From the NCBI GenBank assembly GCA_045532975.1, contig JAZSGX010000057.1, positions 3,223 to 67,222 of the forward strand: a stretch of 64,000 nucleotides of DNA, in the 5' to 3' direction. Below are positions 1-8,671 of this stretch, in pieces (the stretch's first letter is position 1; each line of letters starts with the position of its first letter). The notes under the pieces are model-generated. The model was given only the letters and a program-made list of their open reading frames with translations. It made no database searches and was not told the DNA's origin. Source of the DNA: Eubacteriales bacterium (lineage in GTDB: Bacteria > Bacillota > Clostridia > Oscillospirales > CAG-272). The translations under genes were made by a program, and so were the position numbers.

Positions 1-1
1 A

Positions 2-754
2 AAGCTTATTTGTGAAACTGCCACAGGATACGACAATATTGACACGGAATATTGCAAGAAAAGAGGTATTGCGGTTGCTAATACCCCTGCTTACTCCACC
101 GCCTGCGTTGCGCAGGTGACTGTTTCTATGGCTTGCTCACTTGTGACACATTTGCACGAATACAGGCGCTTTGTACACGAGGGGGGCTACCAAAACAGTG
201 TTAGCGCCAATATGCTTGAGCCTGTTTATCACGAAATGAGCGGTATGACTTGGGGAATTATCGGTCTTGGTAATATCGGCAAGGGAGTTGCAAAAATTGC
301 CGAGGCATTTGGTTGCAGAGTCATTGCAAGCAAGCGCACTCCTGACCCTGACTTTGAGTGTGTGGAGCTTGATTACTTGCTCAAAAATTCCGATATTATT
401 TCAATTCATTGTCCATTGACAGACAAGACAAGGGGAATGATTGGTAAGGCACAGCTTGAAATGATGAAGAAGAATGCTATAATTATCAATGTAGCCCGTG
501 GCGCGGTTTGGGATGAGGTGGCAGTTGCTGATGCCATTATAAACGGAACAATCGGCGGTGTTGGCTGTGACGTTTTCTCCTATGAGCCAATTGACGAAAA
601 ACACCCCTTTGTCAAAATACTTGACCGTGACAATGTGCTTCTAACACCTCATATGGCTTGGGGCGCATTTGAGTCAAGGACAAGATGCTTTAACACGGTT
701 CTTTCCAACATTGAAGCGTTTTTGGAAGGTAAGGAACAAAATAGGATTGTTTAA
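2..754 (+). CDS. D-isomer-specific 2-hydroxyacid dehydrogenase (glycerate dehydrogenase-like), N-terminus outside window
   Basis: The frame is open from base 2 (KLICETATGYDNID...) into the listed ORF. It has the NAD-binding GxGxxG motif (GIIGLGNIGKGVA) plus the NVARG and TPHMAW family motifs. Confidence 0.85.
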   Translation, partial: KLICETATGYDNIDTEYCKKRGIAVANTPAYSTACVAQVTVSMACSLVTHLHEYRRFVHEGGYQNSVSANMLEPVYHEMSGMTWGIIGLGNIGKGVAKIAEAFGCRVIASKRTPDPDFECVELDYLLKNSDIISIHCPLTDKTRGMIGKAQLEMMKKNAIIINVARGAVWDEVAVADAIINGTIGGVGCDVFSYEPIDEKHPFVKILDRDNVLLTPHMAWGAFESRTRCFNTVLSNIEAFLEGKEQNRIV

Positions 755-789
755 AAGGAAAAACAGGCTTGTGAAAGCCTGTTTTTGTG

Positions 790-2940
790 TTATATAAGCT
801 CAAATTCTGCAAATGGCTTGCAATTACTGCTTGGCGCGATAAATACTTGGAATTTGCCCTTTTCTGCCTTGCGTTGCATATCTGCGCCAACAAATGCTAA
901 GGACTCCTCGTTGATTTCAAAGGAAACTACTCTTTCCTCGCCTGCATTAAGCTCGATTTTCTCAAAGCCCTTTAATTCCTTTATAGGTCTTACAACTGAG
1001 CCAACCAAATCTCTTATATAAAGCTGTACCGTTTCCTTTGCCTTATATTTGCCTGTATTTTTAACCTTAACGGATGCGATGATTTTCTCGCCTACTTTCA
1101 TTTCGGTCTTATCTATCTTGTGGTCACTATACTCAAAGGTGGTATAGCTAAGACCGTGACCGAATGGATAAAGAGGTCTGTTTGGTACGTCAATAAAGGA
1201 TGAGGTAAAGGTAATTCTTTCATCAGTTTCCGGCTTTGGTCTGCCTGTCATATATTGGTTATAATAAATCGGGCATTGACCTACGGTATATGGGAAGGAC
1301 ATTGTCAGCTTACCGCTTGGCACTGCTCTGCCAAACACAAGGTTTGCCGCCGCATTACCGCCCTCTGTACCAGGCATCCACATATTAAGAATTGCAGGAG
1401 CGTTTTTGTCAAGTCTTTCAAGGGCTAAGGGTCTGCCTGTAAAGAGCAATACCGCCACGTTTTTGTTAACCTTTAAAACCTCAAACAAAAGCTTGTACTG
1501 TGCGTAAGGAAGCTCCAGCTTAGACTTACAGTGTCCCTCACCGCTATCAAACTGGTCCTCACCTAAGCAAAGAATTACAGCCTCGCTCTTAGCGGCTAAC
1601 TCAACCGCTTCCTCAATACCGGAATAATCAGTGGAATTAAGGGCAATATCACAGCCCTTTGCATACTTGGCTCTGTCACCAACAATAGCCTTAATTCCCT
1701 CAAAAACAGGAATTGTTTCCTCTGCCTTTGCTCCGCAAGGCCAGTTACCGTAAATCTCGCCTGTGTTAGCAAGTGGACCGATAACTGCAACAGACCTAAC
1801 ATCCTCGCTCAAGGGCAACACGCCATCATTCTTCAAAAGAACGGCACATTGCTCTGCGGCGTATCTTGCAAGGTCGCGATGCTCAGGACAAAGAATAATC
1901 CTTTCTGCCTCTTCAACATTTGTATATCTGTATGGATTGTCAAACATACCAAGCTCTTCCTTAAGCTTTAATACGCGAAGAACTGCCGCATCAAGCTGTT
2001 CCATTGTAATTTTGCCCTCGGCAACAAGCTCTTCCATATTCATTGCATAGGTGGTAGATACCATCTCAATATCTCCGCTGGCGGTCATTGCCTTATGCGC
2101 GGCATCCTTAGTATTTTCGGCATATCCGTGAGTAATCATTTCCTTAAATGAAGCATAGTCGCTGATAACAACACCGTCATATCCCCATTCTTTTCTCAAA
2201 ACATCGTTAACAAGCCACTTATTTCCTGCAGCAGGAATACCGTTCAAGCTATTAAATGAGGTCATAAGCATTTTAACACCTGCATCAATTGCTGCCTTGT
2301 ATGTTGGAAGATAATATTCACGCAGTGTTCTTTCACTCATATCAACGGTGTTATAATCTCTGCCCGATTCAGCAGCACCGTATGCGGCAAAATGCTTAAC
2401 GCAAGCAGCAATATTGTATTTACCCATATCACCCTGGTAGCCCTCAACCGTTGCCTTTGCCATTTTACAGCCTAAGTATGGGTCCTCACCGCTTGACTCC
2501 ATAACTCTGCCCCATCTTGCATCACGCACCAAGTCTACCATTGGCGCAAAGGTAACCTGTACGCCGTCAATACTTGCTTCCTTAGCCGCCATTGCCGCAC
2601 AGTCGTGAGCAAGCTTAGTATCAAAGGATGCAGAAATAGCCAAGTTAATTGGATAGATAGTACGATAGCCATGAATAACATCCTGCATTAAAACAAGAGG
2701 AATTTTGTTATTACTGTTTTTAAGGTAGTTTGACTGTATGTCAATCATACGCTGCGCGCCAACTGAGTTTAAGGCACTACCCGCTTCAAATATATAATCC
2801 TTATCTATTTCATCCTGTGCCACAGGGCCTGTAATTTTAACTACACCCTTGTCAACAGAATAAGCCAAGGTGTTAAGCTGCAAAAGCTGATACGCTTTTT
2901 CCTTAACCGTCATTTTGTCCAAAAGAGCTTTGATATCCAT
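790..2940 (-). CDS. Glycoside hydrolase family 3 beta-glucosidase
   Basis: GH3 motifs are present: FAPMVDLVRDARWGRVMESSGEDPYL, KHFAAYG, and the GVVISDY nucleophile region. I moved the start to the ATG at 2940 (MDIKALLDKMTVKEK), which has an AAGGAG just upstream; the upstream extension of the ORF lacks an RBS. Confidence 0.85.
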   Translation of the reverse strand: MDIKALLDKMTVKEKAYQLLQLNTLAYSVDKGVVKITGPVAQDEIDKDYIFEAGSALNSVGAQRMIDIQSNYLKNSNNKIPLVLMQDVIHGYRTIYPINLAISASFDTKLAHDCAAMAAKEASIDGVQVTFAPMVDLVRDARWGRVMESSGEDPYLGCKMAKATVEGYQGDMGKYNIAACVKHFAAYGAAESGRDYNTVDMSERTLREYYLPTYKAAIDAGVKMLMTSFNSLNGIPAAGNKWLVNDVLRKEWGYDGVVISDYASFKEMITHGYAENTKDAAHKAMTASGDIEMVSTTYAMNMEELVAEGKITMEQLDAAVLRVLKLKEELGMFDNPYRYTNVEEAERIILCPEHRDLARYAAEQCAVLLKNDGVLPLSEDVRSVAVIGPLANTGEIYGNWPCGAKAEETIPVFEGIKAIVGDRAKYAKGCDIALNSTDYSGIEEAVELAAKSEAVILCLGEDQFDSGEGHCKSKLELPYAQYKLLFEVLKVNKNVAVLLFTGRPLALERLDKNAPAILNMWMPGTEGGNAAANLVFGRAVPSGKLTMSFPYTVGQCPIYYNQYMTGRPKPETDERITFTSSFIDVPNRPLYPFGHGLSYTTFEYSDHKIDKTEMKVGEKIIASVKVKNTGKYKAKETVQLYIRDLVGSVVRPIKELKGFEKIELNAGEERVVSFEINEESLAFVGADMQRKAEKGKFQVFIAPSSNCKPFAEFELI

Positions 2941-2969
2941 TTGAAATCTCCTTAATGTTATTTGATTAA

Positions 2970-2998
2970 ATTCTACCACATTATTAATAAATAGTCAA
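2970..2998 (-). promoter_or_regulatory. Sigma-A-type promoter for the GH3 gene
   Basis: The minus strand reads TTGACT, a 17-nt spacer, then TGgTAGAAT (extended -10). It lies between the upstream terminator and the GH3 RBS. Confidence 0.45.
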
Positions 2999-3009
2999 TT
3001 ATTTAAACG

Positions 3010-3039
3010 AAAAAAAACGGCACAAGCGTGCCGTTTTTT
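3010..3039 (-). terminator. Rho-independent terminator downstream of the 761-aa lipoprotein gene
   Basis: Stem cggcac/gtgccg with loop aagc, flanked by an A-run and a T-run, so it can work in both directions. Confidence 0.7.
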
Positions 3040-3041
3040 GC

Positions 3042-5327
3042 TTATATTGATTTAAAGAATGATACTTCAGCGTCAACAGTTGAGGTAATTGTAACTCTAC
3101 CAACATTTACATACTGATAAAGGTCAATCATAACCTCAGTGCCTGTCTTTTCAAAGGTGTAAAGCTCTGTGCCCTCTGATGTGTAGATTGTAACCTTGTA
3201 GCTTGCATTCTCATCACTGTTAAGAATGATAAGACCGTAACCAATTGCCAATTGATGCGGACCGTCTGTCCACTCAACCTCGGTTATAGCGAACTCTTGG
3301 TTTGCTGTAATCTTCATTGGATCCTTTGGCTTTGTAAAGCCTTCCCACTCTGCTGTCGTGCCACCACATACACATGGGTCCTGACCGCAAATGCAAAGCG
3401 CATCACTACCGCCCACAGCCTCGGCTGTTACGTCAACATAGCTCTTGTTACATATCAAGCAGGTAACTGTACCAAGCTCTGATGCTTCACCAAGAGTATG
3501 TGCGATAATATCTGTATAATCCCTATTCTCTGTTTTACCGCAATTACCTGCTACGCAAGCGTAAATCGTGTAACCCTCGGCAGTACAGGTTGGAGGAACT
3601 TCCTCTATTGGATTGTCATACTTGTGCTCGCCTGTAGGCTGACCGTACTCATCACCCTCGTATGCAACGAACGTACCGTGACATTCAGAGCATTCATATG
3701 TAGCATAATCAACACAGGTTTCTGCAATTATCTTGTTTTCAAGGTTATAGGTGTGTCTCTTTTCCTCGTCGCCCTTTTTAACCTCTGTATGGTCACAGGC
3801 GATGCCTCTGCAAACATTTTCACACTTGTACTCAAAGGAGCTATCGTTACCGCACCAAGGCTCAACAGCAACATAAAGCTTATGACCAAGCTTAGCAATT
3901 GTGCTCTTGCCCTCGGCATCGTCTGTGGCAAGCTCACCGCAGCCCTCGTTTTGGCAGTAATAGGACCTTTCACCATCCTCAGTACAGGTTGGCTCCAAAG
4001 TAACTATAAAGTGTTTTTCTTCCTCTGCGTCAGCTTCCTTATAATACTTATGTCCTGTTGCATCACCATTTTTTGTTGTGTCCTCCTTGTCACATCTTGA
4101 GCAGATGAGAATGTCAAAGCCGTCAAGAGTACAGGTTGGCGATACTGTTTCACTATATTGCATATCGTGACCGAGCATAGGAATTGCCACGGGAGTTTTG
4201 CCCTCTTCAATAGGCATTTGTCTACAGTTCTGACAAATGTAATATTTCAGGCCGTCTGTATCACAGGTTGGTAAGTCTTCATCAAATATTCTGAAGTGAA
4301 CCCCCGCCTGAGCATCCTCTTCCGTATAATACTTATGACCTATTGCAGGAACAATATCAACTCTGCCGGCGTAATCACATCTTGAACAGGTAACAGGTGT
4401 GTAGCCTTCAACTACGCATCTTGCCGCAATAGGCTCGCCCTTGATTTCATCGTGACCCATCGGGTCAACAAAATCAACCTTATCGGCATAATCACATCTT
4501 GAGCAGGTAACAGGTGTGTAGCCCTTATCTTCGCAGGTTGGCGCAACAACCGTACCCTTTATAACGTCGTGACCGAGCGGGTCAGTGAAATTGGACTTGT
4601 CCTGTGCGTCCCCACATACGGAGCAAATTTTCGCAGTGTATCCACCCTCAGTACAGGTTGGCTCCTCAACATCATCAACGTAATCATGTTCAACCTTGTC
4701 GGTGGGGTTTATTTGGTCGGTAAAATCACATCTTGAGCACATTACCGTCGTATATCCCTCCGCAATGCAGGTAGGGTCAACTACGGTTTCGATTAAATCG
4801 TGACCGAGTGGGTCAACAACATCCTTTTCATCAACAATGTCGCACTTCGAACAGGTAAGCATTGTCTTACCGCCTTCTGTACAGGTTGGCGCAACAGGAA
4901 CCTCCACAAAATCGTGTCCGCCCGGAACAACATCCTTCTTTTCAGAATAGTCACAGCCCTTTCTGGTACAGGTAATTTCTGTGTAACCGTCACCAGCACA
5001 GCTTGGAGAAATAACCCTTTCGGACACGTTGTGTCCTAGTGCGGGAACAACCTCCTCCTTCTTCATACCACAGGTCTTACACTCTAACTTTTTAAGACCA
5101 TCCGTTTCGCAAGTAGCTTCCTTCTGCGCACCGTCCTTAACAAAGCTATGCGTACCTTTATCAGAAACCTCAACACAGCCCTCAACCAAGCATGCGTGCC
5201 AATGGTTGTTGTCGTCCTGACGCCAGGTTGCGCCAAAATTATGCTCATGGTCACCACAGGATGCCAAAGCAAACAGCACCGCTACAAGACCGAGTAGCGA
5301 TAATGCTAATACAATTTTCCTCTTCAT
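3042..5327 (-). CDS. Lipoprotein made of ~14 tandem His-Cys3 (H...C...CxxC) mini-modules plus a ~120-aa C-terminal domain
   Basis: Signal peptide with lipobox LASC (MKRKIVLALSLLGLVAVLFALASC) and a GAGGTG RBS. The unit GHD..(8-10 aa)..PTC..GYT....CSRCD repeats with a period of about 39-45 aa. Confidence 0.8.
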   Translation of the reverse strand: MKRKIVLALSLLGLVAVLFALASCGDHEHNFGATWRQDDNNHWHACLVEGCVEVSDKGTHSFVKDGAQKEATCETDGLKKLECKTCGMKKEEVVPALGHNVSERVISPSCAGDGYTEITCTRKGCDYSEKKDVVPGGHDFVEVPVAPTCTEGGKTMLTCSKCDIVDEKDVVDPLGHDLIETVVDPTCIAEGYTTVMCSRCDFTDQINPTDKVEHDYVDDVEEPTCTEGGYTAKICSVCGDAQDKSNFTDPLGHDVIKGTVVAPTCEDKGYTPVTCSRCDYADKVDFVDPMGHDEIKGEPIAARCVVEGYTPVTCSRCDYAGRVDIVPAIGHKYYTEEDAQAGVHFRIFDEDLPTCDTDGLKYYICQNCRQMPIEEGKTPVAIPMLGHDMQYSETVSPTCTLDGFDILICSRCDKEDTTKNGDATGHKYYKEADAEEEKHFIVTLEPTCTEDGERSYYCQNEGCGELATDDAEGKSTIAKLGHKLYVAVEPWCGNDSSFEYKCENVCRGIACDHTEVKKGDEEKRHTYNLENKIIAETCVDYATYECSECHGTFVAYEGDEYGQPTGEHKYDNPIEEVPPTCTAEGYTIYACVAGNCGKTENRDYTDIIAHTLGEASELGTVTCLICNKSYVDVTAEAVGGSDALCICGQDPCVCGGTTAEWEGFTKPKDPMKITANQEFAITEVEWTDGPHQLAIGYGLIILNSDENASYKVTIYTSEGTELYTFEKTGTEVMIDLYQYVNVGRVTITSTVDAEVSFFKSI

Positions 5328-5545
5328 AAGTCACCTCTATGAAATACTTACATTTTTACATATATATTTTAACATTAATAAATGAAAATATCAAGTGCTT
5401 TTAGCACATTTGTACAAAATAATTGTCATATTGCCTACGTTTTTGTTAATAAAACGCTCACGGTAAAATTCAATTCAAAAATTATTGTTGATTAATTTGT
5501 ACGATTGTGTTACAATTATGACATAAGACTTTGGGGGAGGCTTTT

Positions 5546-6841
5546 ATGGCTAATTACATTAATGAAACCAATCAAATACCTGAAATTGCAAACGTGGATG
5601 TTTTGGTTTGCGGTGGCGGTCCTGCAGGAATAGGCGCCGCTATTCGCGCCGCGCATGAGGGTGTTTCAGTTATGATTATTGAATCACAGGGATGCCTCGG
5701 CGGTATTGCAACAGCGGGCATGATGTCACACTGGGGCGGACGCTCTTCAAGTAAGGTAATGCAAGAAATTTTCGCTCTCACCTATGAAAAAGCACAGGAT
5801 GTGGGCTGGTGTCACGAAAACGGTTGCGGCTCCGATGCCATTTATCACGACGTACAAAAAATCGTTTTAGAGGAAATGATGGTAAAGGAAGGCGTGAGGG
5901 TGCTTTACTATACAATGTTCTGTAAATCGGTTGTTGAAAACGGTGCTATTATCGGCGCTATTGTAGAAAACAAAAGCGGACGCGGATTTATACGCGCTAA
6001 GCGCGTTGTTGACTCAACGGGTGACGGTGACGTTGCTGCCTCTGCCGGTGTGCCTTTCTTTAAGGGTCGCGAAACAGACGGAAGGATGCAGCCTTGCACC
6101 ATTATGTTTAAAATCGGCGGTGTTGATTACAGCCGCGCTGTTTTCCCACCATCCTTTGAGACTACCATTGAGTTGCCAAAGGGCGAGATACAATCTCTTG
6201 GCAAAGAGCATCTGCCATTCCCTGCAGGTCACGTGCTTTTATACTCTCAGCCAACTCCAAACACCGTATGCTGTAATATGACAAACGCTATTGAAATTGA
6301 CGGAACTGATGCTGAAAGCTTAACAAAGGGTGTGTTTACCTGCCACTCTCAAATAGTTCCTATCGTTAAATTTTTGCGTGAATACGTTCCGGGCTATGAA
6401 AATTGTTGGCTTATGAGCTCGGCTTCCCTAATCGGCATCCGAGAAACACGTCATTTTGAAGGCTTGGAGTCCTTGAGCAAGGAAGACATCTTAACTGCCC
6501 GTTTCTTTGAAAACTGGGTTGTGCGCCGCGCTTGGTTTAACTTTGACGTACATAATCTGACAGGCGCAAGTCTTGATAAGACAGGCGTACAAAAGGGATG
6601 GAAGCAGCAAAACGATTACACTATTCCATACGGTTGCTTATTGCCCAAGAATGTGGAAAACCTTTTGCTCTCAGGCAGAAACATAAGCGGCTCCCACATG
6701 GCACACTCCAACTTTAGAATTATGTCCGTTTGCATTGCCTTAGGTGAGGCGGCAGGAGTAGCGGCTGCACTCTCAATTAAGCAAAACAAGCGTTTAAGAG
6801 ACGTTGACGTTAAAGAAATACAAGAAATTGTTGGTGAATAA
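5546..6841 (+). CDS. FAD-dependent oxidoreductase (FAD_oxidored / GIDA-like fold)
   Basis: N-terminal dinucleotide-binding motif VDVLVCGGGPAGIGAAIRAA. The ATG at 5546 follows a GGGGGAGG RBS, which is why I prefer it to the TTG at 5531. Confidence 0.75.
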   Translation: MANYINETNQIPEIANVDVLVCGGGPAGIGAAIRAAHEGVSVMIIESQGCLGGIATAGMMSHWGGRSSSKVMQEIFALTYEKAQDVGWCHENGCGSDAIYHDVQKIVLEEMMVKEGVRVLYYTMFCKSVVENGAIIGAIVENKSGRGFIRAKRVVDSTGDGDVAASAGVPFFKGRETDGRMQPCTIMFKIGGVDYSRAVFPPSFETTIELPKGEIQSLGKEHLPFPAGHVLLYSQPTPNTVCCNMTNAIEIDGTDAESLTKGVFTCHSQIVPIVKFLREYVPGYENCWLMSSASLIGIRETRHFEGLESLSKEDILTARFFENWVVRRAWFNFDVHNLTGASLDKTGVQKGWKQQNDYTIPYGCLLPKNVENLLLSGRNISGSHMAHSNFRIMSVCIALGEAAGVAAALSIKQNKRLRDVDVKEIQEIVGE

Positions 6842-6847
6842 TTAATA

Positions 6848-6885
6848 AATGAGCAGACTACCTTGACGGTACGTCTGCTCATTTG
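6848..6885. terminator. Bidirectional rho-independent terminator
   Basis: Stem atgagcagac/gtctgctcat. It lies between the plus-strand oxidoreductase gene and the minus-strand HAD/small-gene unit. Confidence 0.65.
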
Positions 6886-6886
6886 T

Positions 6887-7151
6887 TTATAAGTTGACAA
6901 GTACAATTGCACTTAGCTTTTCCTTGCATATTATTAAGCCAAGGACAAGGGAGAATAATATTGAGCCGATATTTATTGCAGGGAAGAACACCGCACTGTC
7001 AAGCCAGCCTGCCAAAAGTGTGTTTAACAGGTTGCAGGATGAAAAACTCACGCCTTTTTATTGTATAGCCGGAAAAGCTCTTTACTAAGATATTTTTAAC
7101 GGATGCTAAAAATGCGCTTGTGAACAAAAGTAAGCCGGATATAACGTCCAT
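6887..7151 (-). pseudogene. Small hydrophobic membrane-protein gene split by a +1 frameshift (50-codon and ~55-codon halves)
   Basis: The ATG at 7151 has a GAAGGAAA RBS and gives MDVISGLLLFTSAFLASVKNILVKSF...REFFIL. The frame then switches within or near an A5/T5 run (7040-7056) to ...NLLNTLLAGWLDSAVFFPAINIGSILFSLVLGLIICKEKLSAIVLVNL*. The total span is 265 nt, which is not a multiple of 3. Confidence 0.35.
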
Positions 7152-7194
7152 ATTTCCTTCAAAAGCTTATGTTAGCAGCACGGATATCCGTTAG

Positions 7195-7917
7195 CTATAT
7201 AAGTGCTTGAACTATTTTTGAAAAGTCTTGGTAGTTGTCAATTTTGATGTAGTTAAAATCGGAGAGATAAACGCTCTCGTCGTTGCCGCCTTGACCGTAA
7301 TCGTCACCGATATAAACAACCTCGTCGTGAGAATATCCGTTTTCGCGGCAGTAAAGGTCAAGAGCGTAATATTTGTTATACGGCTTAGGTGACATATCAA
7401 AGGATGACGAGCCACCGACAAACACGTTATAGTCCGAAAACGCCTCAACCACCTCGCCATAAAAGGCTCTGCGCTTTTTACGGTCCGGGTCAAAAGCGAG
7501 CTTATCGGGCTGGAGCGCCTTAGTACCTAAAATCGGGAAGGTGATGCAGCCTGAGGCGTGATATTCCACATTGTCACCGCGGAACTCAGTAAAGCCGTAT
7601 TTTTCGCGGAAATATGTAACCTTTTTCTCGATTTCCTCACGCTTTACAGTAAAGACTTCGTCGCGGAGAATGTCAATATCTTCTGTTTGAGCATTATATT
7701 TTGCGTACTGCAAGCCATAATTGCCGATAATGTCAATGGGATATTTGTTCATTTGGTTAAAAATGCGCCTTGCTTGACCTGCGCCCACCATTAAAAGCTT
7801 GTACTTTTTGCCGAGCAAATCAAGGGTTGCCTTGTGCTCAAAATCAAGTTGCTCCTTATGTTGAGTTAAGGTGCCGTCCAAATCCATTGCTATCAATTTA
7901 ATCTTCGATACGTCCAT
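7195..7917 (-). CDS. HAD-superfamily hydrolase (subfamily IIB-like phosphatase)
   Basis: Motif I is IAMDLDGTLT and motif IV is YIGDDYGQGGNDE. The gene directly follows the GDPD gene. Confidence 0.75.
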   Translation of the reverse strand: MDVSKIKLIAMDLDGTLTQHKEQLDFEHKATLDLLGKKYKLLMVGAGQARRIFNQMNKYPIDIIGNYGLQYAKYNAQTEDIDILRDEVFTVKREEIEKKVTYFREKYGFTEFRGDNVEYHASGCITFPILGTKALQPDKLAFDPDRKKRRAFYGEVVEAFSDYNVFVGGSSSFDMSPKPYNKYYALDLYCRENGYSHDEVVYIGDDYGQGGNDESVYLSDFNYIKIDNYQDFSKIVQALI

Positions 7918-7918
7918 T

Positions 7919-8671
7919 TTAATTTTCCTTAAGTTTATTTATAATATCGCTCGGGTTATTAGTTGTAATAAGTCGCGCACCATATTTTAGGCAAGTGTCT
8001 AATTTGCTTTTTTGTGTAATTGAGGCACCAACCCAAGGCTCAATATTTCTTTCAATCAAATAATCGTAAAGCGCCTTATTTTCACTGTCAAAAATACAAG
8101 CACAATACAAATAATCGTCAGGATTTATTCCTACGTTCATCATAAGATCGTATGGATAAAATCCGTGAAATGGGTACTTTCTGCCAAACCTACCAAATGA
8201 ATATTCCAAAACCCAAGCATCAAAGCTGTTGATAAGAATTTTTTCTCCCATTCCGTATTTTTCAACTAACTCTATTGTTTTTTCAATACATTCTATTAGG
8301 CGAAGTTCATTTTCATCGCTCCAATATTCCTTGATTTCAATATTCAAGGTAACGTTTTTATCGCTAAGAAAGAACAAAAGCTCCTCAAGGGTAGGTATTT
8401 GTTCATTACATTTGGTGTCTCCTGCGTTTAAAGCTTTTAGCTCTGCCAAGGTCATTTTATCTACTCGCCCGTGGCCGCTTGTAGTCCTATCTACCGTTTC
8501 GTCATGCATTAACACCAAATGTCCATCAACCGTTAAGCGCACGTCCGTTTCAATCATATCACAGCCACTTAACACCGCTTGTTCAAAGGCTGTCATTGTA
8601 TTTTCATAATAGTTATAGCTGTCTCCTCTGTGGGCTGCAACGTACATCCTATTTTCAGGTGTCAAGGTCAT
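7919..8671 (-). CDS. Glycerophosphodiester phosphodiesterase (GlpQ/UgpQ family)
   Basis: AHRGDS...ENT..AF, DMIETDVRLTVDGHLVLMHDETVDRTT. It overlaps the upstream gene by 4 nt. Confidence 0.85.
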   Translation of the reverse strand: MTLTPENRMYVAAHRGDSYNYYENTMTAFEQAVLSGCDMIETDVRLTVDGHLVLMHDETVDRTTSGHGRVDKMTLAELKALNAGDTKCNEQIPTLEELLFFLSDKNVTLNIEIKEYWSDENELRLIECIEKTIELVEKYGMGEKILINSFDAWVLEYSFGRFGRKYPFHGFYPYDLMMNVGINPDDYLYCACIFDSENKALYDYLIERNIEPWVGASITQKSKLDTCLKYGARLITTNNPSDIINKLKEN

